64,000 bases of DNA from NCBI GenBank assembly GCA_039177645.1, contig JBCDFS010000003.1:185693-249692 (forward strand), written 5' to 3'. This document shows positions 28,119-37,166 of the stretch, piece by piece. The DNA comes from Pseudomonadota bacterium. Lineage in GTDB: Bacteria; Pseudomonadota; Alphaproteobacteria; Rhodobacterales; Rhodobacteraceae. Within the stretch, counting starts at the first letter, position 1. Each line of letters opens with the position of its first letter. The translations under genes were made by a program, and so were the position numbers. The notes beneath the pieces are model-generated. The model saw only the letters and a list, made by a program, of their open reading frames with translations, had not been told where the DNA came from and searched no databases.

Positions 28119-30191
28119 ATGAAAATCGTTGACACGAAACCGGTGCCCACCGGAAAGAAACGGGTTCATCTCGCAAAGAAAACGCGCGAAGCGGCGACGC
28201 AACATCATACGTCGCTCGAGAAACCTCTCCAGACGATCGACAATGGCGATGAGAGCGATTTCCACGCAAGTTTGGCGGGTAGCTTTACCAAAGGACTCGA
28301 ACACGACGCGTTCGGTTTTGCCGACAAGGGCGAGTATCAGAAGTTCGTGTCGGCGATCAATCAGGACATCGCGACGAATTTCAATGACGTCACGGAGGCG
28401 CCCGGCCCAAATCGCTTTGAGATCGAGGGCATTTCTTGGCGCGGCTGGGAAAGTCCGCGCACGGGACACTATCATTCGCTCCAGGGCGCGGATGCGGATG
28501 CGGTCGGTATGGCTCCTGCCCCCAAGCTCGGCTCGGACGAACTCGCCGCGGAAATGGCGGAAGTCTACGCCATGGCGATGCTGCGCGATGTGCCGTTCGC
28601 GAAGATCGCCGATGGCACAGGCGTAGACCCCAATACCGGGATCGACGTCGGCAGCGTCCTCGATGCCATGTCCGGCATGGCTTATTTCGGGTCTGATGGG
28701 GACGACTCGGTCTTTTCCAAACGCCGCCGCGCGGCCCGGCTTGAAGAGCCCGAAAACTATGACATCAATCACCCGGCGACATTGACCGCCCTCACCTCAA
28801 CCTTGTTGTTCCGAGGGTCCGGTCCGGGCGCGAAATCCGGGCCATTCGTGTCGCAATTCATGCTGGTTGGTAACGACCTTTCGGGCGGAAGCACCTTTGG
28901 CGCAGCGCCCATGCGGTCGAGCACGCCAAGCGCGATGGACGGCTATATCTCCTACGGCAATCAGCTGATCGACCAGCGCGTCCGCGTGTTTCATCCGGAG
29001 ATCGACTTCATGACGGGCTGGCACGGCTGGCACGATGTCCAGCGGGGCGCGAATGTGATCGGTCGAAGCATGTTCGACCCAGAGCGGCGGTTCATCGCGA
29101 CACCACGGCATTTGGCGACCTATGTGCGCTTCGACGCGCTCTATCAGGCTTACCTCAACGCTTGCCTTATTCTGATTGGTGTCAACGCAGCCACGCAAGC
29201 AGACTTCCCAGACAAAGGGCTTAATCGTGCAGTGGACAGTCCTGGCCGCACCGGTTTCGCGAGCTTTGGCGGGCCGCAGGTCCTCTCGCTCGTGACGGAA
29301 GTCGCGACACGGTGCCTCAAATTTGCTCGTCGGCAGAAGTTCAATTTCCACCGCCGCGCGCGGCCCGAGCGCATCGGCGGGCTTCTCACCGTGGGTGCGG
29401 CCGTGACCGGCGGCGCGATCAAAACGGCACCTGCCGCGTATCGCGAAGGCACGAAGACCGCGACCGATGCCATGCTGTCGCAGCTCCAGCCGATGCTCGA
29501 TCTGGTCCACAAGCATAATGCGATGCGAAAGCAATCGGTCTTCGCAGCGCAGCATCCACTGAAGACCCCGGATGATCCGGAGTGGTTCGCGGCAGGCGAG
29601 AATTACCTCCTGCCGATGGCGTTTGCCGAAGGATCGCCGATGCACCCGGCCTATGCTGCGGGCCACGCTACTGTGGCCGGCGGTTGCGTGACCATGCTCA
29701 AAGCTTTCTTCAAGACGGTCGATGACAACGGCACGCCCGTGCCTTGGAGCGCGACAGAATTGCCACCGGTGGTATCGGATGAGGCCGGGCTCTCGCTGGT
29801 TCCTGTGGCCGAAAGCGGCATGACAATCGAGGGCGAGTTGAACAAGCTTGCTGCCAACATCTCCATCGGTCGGAATATGGCCGGGGTGCACTACTACTCG
29901 GACTACTACGACAGTCTGCGCATGGGGGAGAGGGTTGCGGTCAGCATTCTCGTGGAGCAGGCCTATACCTATGATGAGCCTGTCAGGATGGTGTTCCGCA
30001 GCTTTGACGGAGATCTGATCGAGATCGCGACCATTGCCTCCGATGCGCACACACCGAGCCGTGTCGCTGTGACAATCAACACCGATTGCAGCGACGAAGC
30101 TTATCGCAACTGGTGGTTCCGGCACATGCCGGAGCCGTCCGAACCTGAAGGCGGGGATCCCGAGCTGGCAGCGGCGGCCACCGGCCACTGA
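28119..30191 (+). CDS. Vanadium-dependent haloperoxidase (red-algal/cyanobacterial bromoperoxidase type)
   Basis: NGDE and SFTKGL.HD N-terminus, ELAAEMAEVY; active-site motifs QKFNFHRRARPE (29334-29369), SPMHPAYAAGHATVAG (about 29634-29681) and NISIGRNMAGVHYYSD (about 29856-29903). Confidence 0.88.
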   Translation: MKIVDTKPVPTGKKRVHLAKKTREAATQHHTSLEKPLQTIDNGDESDFHASLAGSFTKGLEHDAFGFADKGEYQKFVSAINQDIATNFNDVTEAPGPNRFEIEGISWRGWESPRTGHYHSLQGADADAVGMAPAPKLGSDELAAEMAEVYAMAMLRDVPFAKIADGTGVDPNTGIDVGSVLDAMSGMAYFGSDGDDSVFSKRRRAARLEEPENYDINHPATLTALTSTLLFRGSGPGAKSGPFVSQFMLVGNDLSGGSTFGAAPMRSSTPSAMDGYISYGNQLIDQRVRVFHPEIDFMTGWHGWHDVQRGANVIGRSMFDPERRFIATPRHLATYVRFDALYQAYLNACLILIGVNAATQADFPDKGLNRAVDSPGRTGFASFGGPQVLSLVTEVATRCLKFARRQKFNFHRRARPERIGGLLTVGAAVTGGAIKTAPAAYREGTKTATDAMLSQLQPMLDLVHKHNAMRKQSVFAAQHPLKTPDDPEWFAAGENYLLPMAFAEGSPMHPAYAAGHATVAGGCVTMLKAFFKTVDDNGTPVPWSATELPPVVSDEAGLSLVPVAESGMTIEGELNKLAANISIGRNMAGVHYYSDYYDSLRMGERVAVSILVEQAYTYDEPVRMVFRSFDGDLIEIATIASDAHTPSRVAVTINTDCSDEAYRNWWFRHMPEPSEPEGGDPELAAAATGH

Positions 30192-30216
30192 ACGAATGCG
30201 TTGAGGTTAGCAAGTT

Positions 30217-30246
30217 CCGCGCCCTTCTTCGGAGGGCGCGGTTTTT
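30217..30246 (+). terminator. Intrinsic terminator after the haloperoxidase gene
   Basis: CCGCGCCCT(T)C-TTCG-GAGGGCGCGG followed by TTTTT. Confidence 0.85.
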
Positions 30247-30282
30247 ATGTATACTACGTCACGTGACCGCAGCGGAGGCCAG

Positions 30283-31521
30283 TCAACGATCCGCGACGAT
30301 GGCTTTCACATCCTCTCGCCGCCAAAGCCAAGCAATCGTGGCCAATGTCACAAGAGCAGCGACGCCGCCGAACCCGAACAAAGCCGGGAAGTCGGCTGCG
30401 CCGATCAGCCCTCCGATGAAGGAGGCGATAGCTGAGGCGAGCGTGAAAAGCGCGACCGCAACACCCATCACCCAGCCCTGATCCTCCGCTGAGGTCGCCT
30501 TAGAGAAGAGCCCCAGGAAGGCTGGATACATATAGGCATGGACCACTCCCATCAGCGTAATGCAAAGGAAGGAAACCACCGGTTGTTGGACCGCCACGAA
30601 TAAGGCGATCAGACCCAATGCACCGAGCGTGAAGGCTACCATCAGTGTGCGGGGTGGCGCCAGAGCGTTGATCCTTTGCAGCGCCGGCGTGCTCGTAACA
30701 GCCAGGGTGACGCCCAAAGCGAACATCGCGGCGCTCTGGCCGGTTGTGCCATAGCCATACCAGCGCTCAAGTGCATTATCAAAAAAGACGTAGAAGGTGA
30801 TGAAACACATCATATAAAAGAGATACGGCACAGCGACCTTCAGCACGACGGGGCGCTTCGTGATCTGCCATAGAAGCGTGAAAATAGCCGATGGGTGGAT
30901 ACTCAGCGGCACCCGCGTCGTGGAGGTCTCCTGGAAGAAGACCATGACGAGCAGCATGGTTGCGGCCACGAGCGCAGCACCCACCAGGAACGGAAGCGTC
31001 AGAGCAAGGCCCGCAAAGGCGCTGGAGGAGAAGAGCCCCCCGATCAACGGACCCGCGACAAGGCCGATACCTGCACCGAGCATCACGAGGCCCATATTGC
31101 GCGCTTTCTCCGCATCGTCGCGGGAGAGATCGACAAGAGCGGCCTGCGCGATCGGTTGGTTGCCAGCGGTAAACCCGGTGATGGCCCGGCTGAGCAGCAG
31201 GAGCCAGAAGCTCGACATTTCAATGGCGATGAAAGCGAGGAGATATCCAGCGAGCGTTCCAGTGAGGCAGATCAGCACCCCACGCTTTCGGCCCACACTG
31301 TCCGAGAGCCGGGAGACATAGATCGCGCCGAAGAACCAGAAGAGGAAGAAAACGCCGACAAGAAGGCCGTAGAGCGCCTGGCGATTGGCAGCCGAGGTGC
31401 CTTCGGCCAGCATGCCTGCGCTGTCTGAGAGGATCAGGACACTGAAGATCGGGAAAGCCAGCCCTTGGCCCATGACATCGACCAGGATGACCAAGACCAT
31501 CGCTGCTTTGGCAATCGCCAT
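30283..31521 (-). CDS. MFS transporter (DHA1/Tet-like efflux type)
   Basis: About 12 hydrophobic segments; SRLSDSVGRKR motif A; AGNQPIAQAALVD; GLVAGPLIGG. Confidence 0.88.
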   Translation of the reverse strand: MAIAKAAMVLVILVDVMGQGLAFPIFSVLILSDSAGMLAEGTSAANRQALYGLLVGVFFLFWFFGAIYVSRLSDSVGRKRGVLICLTGTLAGYLLAFIAIEMSSFWLLLLSRAITGFTAGNQPIAQAALVDLSRDDAEKARNMGLVMLGAGIGLVAGPLIGGLFSSSAFAGLALTLPFLVGAALVAATMLLVMVFFQETSTTRVPLSIHPSAIFTLLWQITKRPVVLKVAVPYLFYMMCFITFYVFFDNALERWYGYGTTGQSAAMFALGVTLAVTSTPALQRINALAPPRTLMVAFTLGALGLIALFVAVQQPVVSFLCITLMGVVHAYMYPAFLGLFSKATSAEDQGWVMGVAVALFTLASAIASFIGGLIGAADFPALFGFGGVAALVTLATIAWLWRREDVKAIVADR

Positions 31522-31659
31522 CGCGTCTCTCCCCTCTCCCTGCGGCGCTTCATCTGACCATAGGCGATCAGCACGGCCCGCGCCCCATTCGCGATTTCTT
31601 GGGCCAATTTTCACTGGTAGCGCAAGGCCGCAGCACGCGGCTTTCCTTGGCCCTTAGCG

Positions 31660-33108
31660 CTAGCGCGCGATGACAAGACGCGCCCGAGCACCAGATTTCC
31701 CGGGCTCGAATGAGAGGCTTCCGCCGTGTTCCGCCGCGATTGCGGCCGCAATCGTCAGGCCCATCCCGTAGCCACCCACGGATGTCGCATTGCTGCCACG
31801 ATGAAAGGGAGCCACGAGTTTTTCCAGATCAGTCGCTGAGACGTCGCCGCCCTCATCTTCGACCAGGATATACGCATGGGCCGAGTTTGTTTCGAGCGAC
31901 ACCAATGCCCGGCGACCATACTTGAGGGCGTTGTCGATGAGATTGGAGACCGCCCGCTGAAGGGCAATGGGGCGCGCAGTGACGATGACCTGGCTTTCTT
32001 CGGGCAAGCTGCCGCGGCCCCGGCGCGACATGAATATCGATTGGCCGCCCTCCACAACCACGGTCTCGCTGCGCGAAAACTCCACCGGTTTCCCCACATC
32101 CTGATAGTCGGCGACGACGGATTCCATCAGCGATGCGAGCGCGAGGCGGCGCGGCGCCTCGGTATTCATCTCAGCGCGGGTATAGGTGAGCACGCTTTCG
32201 ATAATGCCTGTCATCCGGTCGATATCCGCTTCGAATTTCGAGCGGAGTTCTGGGTCCTCGATCAGCGCTGCGCGCAGCTTGAGCCGAGTTGCCGGCGTTC
32301 CGAGGTCGTGGGTGACCCCCGACAGAACAAGCGCGCGCTCCGAGAGCTGTTGGCGCTCGATCTCGAGATAGCCATTGACCGCATCGACGATGCGACGAAG
32401 CTCCACCGGGCCTTCTTCCTGATATGTGTCCGGCCCTCCACTGCGCCGCCGCCCCCGAAGCGTGTCGGCAAAGCTGATGAAGCGATCCGATGTTTTGATC
32501 ACGATTGTCGCTAGGCCCGCGAGGGCGAACGCCCCGGTCAACACAGCGAGGAGACGGCGGTCCGCAGGTGCCGCGGGACACTGCCAGACCCCCGGGCCAT
32601 CAGCGCGTTGCCAGGCCTCTTCGCCAACCGCCGCCAAAAGGATCGCGTCACTGCAATACCTAGCCAGCAAGACAACGATGTCGCCAAGTCTTTGGCGCGG
32701 CGACGGCGCTTCGCTCTGCGCGATCTCGGACAAGGGATAGCGGAGATCCTTCGACAGGATCGCGATCTTCATCTCCTGCCCAGAGAGCGGATCGGTTGGG
32801 TCCAGACCGATGGAGAGGTTCGTGACAAGCGGCGGCCTTGGAGCAAAGGAGAGCCGCTCGAACTCTCCCGCGTCGGCTAGGGTCTGGTCCCGCTCTGCGA
32901 GCATCGAGAGATCACTACCGACTGGCGGCTGTGTGCCCGCGATTATGCTGTCATAGAGCATTGCGCCGGAGAACGAGGCCGATTGCAGGTGTTTTTGCCA
33001 AGCCGATGTCGATGAGACCCAAAGGCCCGCGGAAACCATGCCGAGGCCCAGCGCCAGCGCGATCAACGCGACGCCCGCAACGCGCAGGGACTGAAGGCTT
33101 CGGATCAT
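31660..33108 (-). CDS. Sensor histidine kinase (EnvZ-like)
   Basis: THDLGTP H-box, NLIDNALKY, EDEGG and GYGMGL motifs; two TM segments. Confidence 0.92.
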   Translation of the reverse strand: MIRSLQSLRVAGVALIALALGLGMVSAGLWVSSTSAWQKHLQSASFSGAMLYDSIIAGTQPPVGSDLSMLAERDQTLADAGEFERLSFAPRPPLVTNLSIGLDPTDPLSGQEMKIAILSKDLRYPLSEIAQSEAPSPRQRLGDIVVLLARYCSDAILLAAVGEEAWQRADGPGVWQCPAAPADRRLLAVLTGAFALAGLATIVIKTSDRFISFADTLRGRRRSGGPDTYQEEGPVELRRIVDAVNGYLEIERQQLSERALVLSGVTHDLGTPATRLKLRAALIEDPELRSKFEADIDRMTGIIESVLTYTRAEMNTEAPRRLALASLMESVVADYQDVGKPVEFSRSETVVVEGGQSIFMSRRGRGSLPEESQVIVTARPIALQRAVSNLIDNALKYGRRALVSLETNSAHAYILVEDEGGDVSATDLEKLVAPFHRGSNATSVGGYGMGLTIAAAIAAEHGGSLSFEPGKSGARARLVIAR

Positions 33109-33842
33109 GTCTCCACTTCCGTCACCTCCGCGGCGAAGACATAGCCGACGCCGCGTTGAGTGCGCAGCAGCTCAGGCTGTTTGGGGTTCTTTTCGATCTT
33201 GGAGCGGAGCCGCCCCACCAGCATGTCGATCGCACGCCCCTGGGCTTCGGAGCTTGTGTCGCCCTCTCCCGTCACGTCGAGCGCGGCGGCAATTTCCTCC
33301 CGCGTCAGCGGAATCTGTGGATTGGCCAAGAGGGCTTGCAGAAGCGTGGTCTCGCGCCGGGAAAGCGAGACCTGGTAGCCTTGGGACGAGATGACCTCGT
33401 CGGTTCTGGAATCGTAGGACCAGCCGGCGAATTCGAAACGCGCCCGGCGTCGGCGGTGGACAACAGAGGCTGTGCGCCTTGTCCGGGCAAGCACCGCCTT
33501 GATGCGTGCGAGTAGAAGCTCTGTGTTGAAGGGCTTGGCGATATAGTCGTCGGCGCCGACGGCATACCCTGCCATCCGTTGCTGATCGGTGGAAAGCGCC
33601 GAGACCATGATGATCGGGACATCATGCTCTTCGCGCAGCTTGGCGCAGATCTCGACACCGCTTTCATCGCCGAGCATGACATCGAGCAAGATGAGGTCGA
33701 TCCGGCTTGCCCTGATATGCTCGCGAATGTCGGCCTCTCCCGCCGCTGGCAGGGCCATCGAACCGTTCCGCTGAAGAAACTGGGTCAGCATCTGACGCAT
33801 TTCGGCGTCGTCATCGACCACGAGGATCCGAGGAATCGACAT
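33105..33842 (-). CDS. OmpR-family response regulator
   Basis: ILVVDDD, LLDVMLG, GADDYIAKPF and RAIDMLVGRLRSKIE motifs; ATG at 33842. Confidence 0.93.
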   Translation of the reverse strand: MSIPRILVVDDDAEMRQMLTQFLQRNGSMALPAAGEADIREHIRASRIDLILLDVMLGDESGVEICAKLREEHDVPIIMVSALSTDQQRMAGYAVGADDYIAKPFNTELLLARIKAVLARTRRTASVVHRRRRARFEFAGWSYDSRTDEVISSQGYQVSLSRRETTLLQALLANPQIPLTREEIAAALDVTGEGDTSSEAQGRAIDMLVGRLRSKIEKNPKQPELLRTQRGVGYVFAAEVTEVET

Positions 33843-34067
33843 CTCCGAACGCCTCCCTACGCCCGCACTGTGCCGTCTGCCAGCCCCCCTTTGGTGCGTG
33901 GCCAGACGCCCGAAATCAACCGCGATGTAACAGCGCGTAACGGGGGCGTTCGTTAAGTCCAACCAACAGGCGAATAGCTGCGTTGCATCAATTGCATTCG
34001 AAGGTCGGTCTTTTGCATGGTCCGCTCACCCAATGTCTAAGAGACCATGTTCTGGGAGGAACTCAAC

Positions 34068-35309
34068 ATGATGCGTTTTGCTCTGTCCGTTTCGGGCGCT
34101 GCTCTTCTTGCCGCTGGTGCCGTCCAGGCGCAGCCGGAGGCCGAAGTTCTGCACTGGTGGACCTCGGGCGGCGAAGCCAAATCCGTCGCTGTGCTCCAGG
34201 AAGAGTTTGCCGCCCAGGGCGGCACCTGGACCGACATGCCGGTGGCAGGCGGTGGCGGCGATGCCGCGATGCAGGCCCTGCGCGCCCGGGTACTCTCCGG
34301 CAACGCGCCGACAGCCGTGCAGCTCAAGGGGCCGGCAATCCAGGAATGGTATGAAGAGGGTGTGCTTGCCGATATCTCTGCGGTTGCGGAAGTGGAGGGC
34401 TGGGCCGAGGTGCTGCCCGCCTCTATCGCCGACCATATGATGTGCGAGGACATCTGGTGCGCGGCGCCCGTGAACGTCCACCGCGTGGATTGGTTCTGGG
34501 CCAATGCAGACGTGCTCGAAGCAAATGGCATCGAAATGCCGACCACGTGGGATGAGTTCAACGCGGCGGCAGAAACGCTGCAGGCGGCCGGGATCATCCC
34601 ACTCGCGCATGGCGGTCAGGCCTGGCAGGACGCCACGATTTTCGAGGTCGTCGCCCTGGATATCCTCGGGCCGGAAGGCTTCCGCAAGGCGTTCGTCGAG
34701 CTTGACGAGGCAACCCTCACCTCCGACGAGATGAAGGCGGTTTTCGACCAGATGCGCACTCTGCGCGGTTTCGTCGATCCAAACTTCCCCGGCCGCGACT
34801 GGAACCTAGCCACGGCCATGGTGATGAACGGAGAGGCCGCCTTCCAGATCATGGGCGACTGGGCCAAGGGCGAGTTTCTCGCCGCAGGCAAGGAGCCTGG
34901 TGTGGATTTCCTCTGCGCTTCGACGCCGGGCGACGGCTTCCTCTACAATGTCGACAGCTTCGCGATGTTTGAGGTCAATGGCGACGACAAACGCGACGGT
35001 CAGGCGCTGCTTGCCGAGTTGATCGTGGGCGAGAACTTCCAGAAGGTCTTCAACCTCAACAAAGGCTCGATCCCGGCCCGCGTAGATGTCCCGCTCGATG
35101 ACTTCGACAGCTGCGCGGTCCTGTCCTCCAATGACATGGGCGCCTCCAGCGAAGGCGGGTCACTCCTGCCGAGCTTTGCCCATGGCATGGCGCTGCGCGG
35201 CGCGCAGTCGGGCGCGATCACCGATGTGGTGACGGCGCATTTCAACTCCGACATGTCGTCTGACGAAGCGGTGCAGCAACTCGCCGCTGCGGTCGCCAAC
35301 AGCCTGTAA
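34068..35309 (+). CDS. Sugar ABC transporter substrate-binding protein (glucose-binding GtsA-like)
   Basis: Signal peptide; EVLHWWTSGGEA, PVNVHR, AHGGQAWQD, MGDWAKGEF and NKGSIPAR motifs; GGAGGA RBS. Confidence 0.9.
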   Translation: MMRFALSVSGAALLAAGAVQAQPEAEVLHWWTSGGEAKSVAVLQEEFAAQGGTWTDMPVAGGGGDAAMQALRARVLSGNAPTAVQLKGPAIQEWYEEGVLADISAVAEVEGWAEVLPASIADHMMCEDIWCAAPVNVHRVDWFWANADVLEANGIEMPTTWDEFNAAAETLQAAGIIPLAHGGQAWQDATIFEVVALDILGPEGFRKAFVELDEATLTSDEMKAVFDQMRTLRGFVDPNFPGRDWNLATAMVMNGEAAFQIMGDWAKGEFLAAGKEPGVDFLCASTPGDGFLYNVDSFAMFEVNGDDKRDGQALLAELIVGENFQKVFNLNKGSIPARVDVPLDDFDSCAVLSSNDMGASSEGGSLLPSFAHGMALRGAQSGAITDVVTAHFNSDMSSDEAVQQLAAAVANSL

Positions 35310-35393
35310 CTCTCTCCCTGGCGACAGGCCAAGCTGATCCGCCGTCCGCTCCGGGCGGCGGGGCAGCGGAGATTCATTTGGGGGAGAAAATCG

Positions 35394-36263
35394 GTGAAAT
35401 TCCTAGAGAACCACCTGCCGAAAATCATGCTCGCGCCGTCCTTTATCGCGATCCTGATCTTCGTTTACGGGTTCATTGCCTGGACGGCATGGGTCTCGTT
35501 GACGCGCTCGCGTCTGCTGCCGCGATACGAGATTGAGGGCTTTATCCAATACGAGAGGCTGTTTGCGTCTCCGCGCTGGGATACCGCCTTCAGCAACCTG
35601 TTTTTGTTTGGCTTTCTGTTTATCGCAATCTCGATGTTGCTGGGCCTGGTCCTCGCGATCTTCCTGGATCAGAACATCCGAACCGAAGGCGCGATCCGCA
35701 CGATCTATCTTTATCCGATGGCGCTCTCGATGATCGTCACCGGGACGGCATGGAAATGGATCCTCAATCCGGGGCTCGGCTTCGAGGCGCTGGTGCGCGG
35801 CTGGGGATTCGAGACCTTCACCTTCGACTGGCTCGTGAACCCGAATTTCGCGATCTACACCGTGGTGATCGCGGCAATATGGCAAAGCTCAGGCTTTGTG
35901 ATGGCGCTGTTTCTTGCGGGTCTGCGGTCGGTAGACGGCGAAATCATCAAGGCCGCCCAGATCGACGGGATCCCGACATGGCGGATCTATTCGGCGATCA
36001 TCATCCCCTCCATGGCGCCAATCTTCCTGTCGGCCTTCATCGTGCTCGCCCATCTCGCAATCAAGAGCTTCGACCTTGTCATCGCCCTGACCGGCGGTGG
36101 TCCGGGCTTCGCCACGGATCTACCGGCCACGTATATGTTCGCGATGGCGTTTTCGCGCGGAGATATCGGGCAGGCGGCCAGCTCCGCGATGGTGATGATG
36201 GCGGTCGTGTTCGCGATCATTGTTCCCTATCTCTACTCTGAACTGAGGGTGAAAAATGACTGA
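35394..36263 (+). CDS. Carbohydrate ABC transporter permease
   Basis: YLYPMALS, EAA-loop-like KAAQIDG, GGPG...LPA motifs. Confidence 0.92.
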   Translation: MKFLENHLPKIMLAPSFIAILIFVYGFIAWTAWVSLTRSRLLPRYEIEGFIQYERLFASPRWDTAFSNLFLFGFLFIAISMLLGLVLAIFLDQNIRTEGAIRTIYLYPMALSMIVTGTAWKWILNPGLGFEALVRGWGFETFTFDWLVNPNFAIYTVVIAAIWQSSGFVMALFLAGLRSVDGEIIKAAQIDGIPTWRIYSAIIIPSMAPIFLSAFIVLAHLAIKSFDLVIALTGGGPGFATDLPATYMFAMAFSRGDIGQAASSAMVMMAVVFAIIVPYLYSELRVKND

Positions 36264-37161
36264 CGCAGCCCTCACTCAAACCCAGATCCAGGCGCCGAGC
36301 CAAGGCCAAGTGACAAAGATCGTTCTGCGCGTGCTGCTCTATGCGTTGCTGATCGGCTTCGCGCTTTTCTACCTCGCGCCGCTCTTCGTGATGATCACCA
36401 CATCTCTGAAAAGCCTTGAGGAGATCCGGACCGGCGATCTTATCTCCCTGCCCCGCGAAGTCACGTTTGACGCCTGGCGGACCGCATGGGCGAGCGCCTG
36501 CACCGGCATCCAGTGCGACGGGGTTCGCCCCTACTTCTGGAACTCGGTGCTGATTGCGGTGCCCGCCGTCCTGATCTCGACCCTGCTTGGCGCGATCAAC
36601 GGCTATGTCATCGCGCAGTGGCGCTTTAAAGGCGCCAACCTGATCTTTGCGCTCATGCTCTTTGGCTGCTTCATTCCCTTTCAGGTCGTGTTGCTTCCGA
36701 TGGCGCGGATGCTCGGGATCATGGGGATTGCAGGCACGATCCAGGGGCTGATCTTCGTGCATGTGGTCTACGGGATCGGCTTCACGACGCTGTTCTTCCG
36801 CAATTACTACGTGACGATCCCGGTGGAATTGGTGAAAGCGGCGAAAGTGGATGGCGCGAACTTCTTGCGCATCTTCTGGTCGATCTTCCTGCCCCTCAGC
36901 CTTCCGATCATCGTGGTGACTGTTATCTGGCAATTCACGCAGATCTGGAACGACTTCCTGTTCGGCGTTTCGTTCAGCCAAGCGGGAACTCAACCGGTAA
37001 CGGTGGCTCTCAACAACATCGTCAACTCCACGACCGGCGTGAAGGAGTACAACGTGGATATGGCGGCCGCGATTATCGCCGCTCTGCCCACGCTCCTCGT
37101 CTATGTCGTCGCTGGCAAATACTTCATCCGCGGTCTTACCGCAGGTTCCGTGAAAGGTTAG
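36256..37161 (+). CDS. Carbohydrate ABC transporter permease
   Basis: KAAKVDGA, WQFTQIWNDFLFG and GLTAGSVKG motifs. Confidence 0.92.
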   Translation: MTDAALTQTQIQAPSQGQVTKIVLRVLLYALLIGFALFYLAPLFVMITTSLKSLEEIRTGDLISLPREVTFDAWRTAWASACTGIQCDGVRPYFWNSVLIAVPAVLISTLLGAINGYVIAQWRFKGANLIFALMLFGCFIPFQVVLLPMARMLGIMGIAGTIQGLIFVHVVYGIGFTTLFFRNYYVTIPVELVKAAKVDGANFLRIFWSIFLPLSLPIIVVTVIWQFTQIWNDFLFGVSFSQAGTQPVTVALNNIVNSTTGVKEYNVDMAAAIIAALPTLLVYVVAGKYFIRGLTAGSVKG

Positions 37162-37166
37162 GTCTC

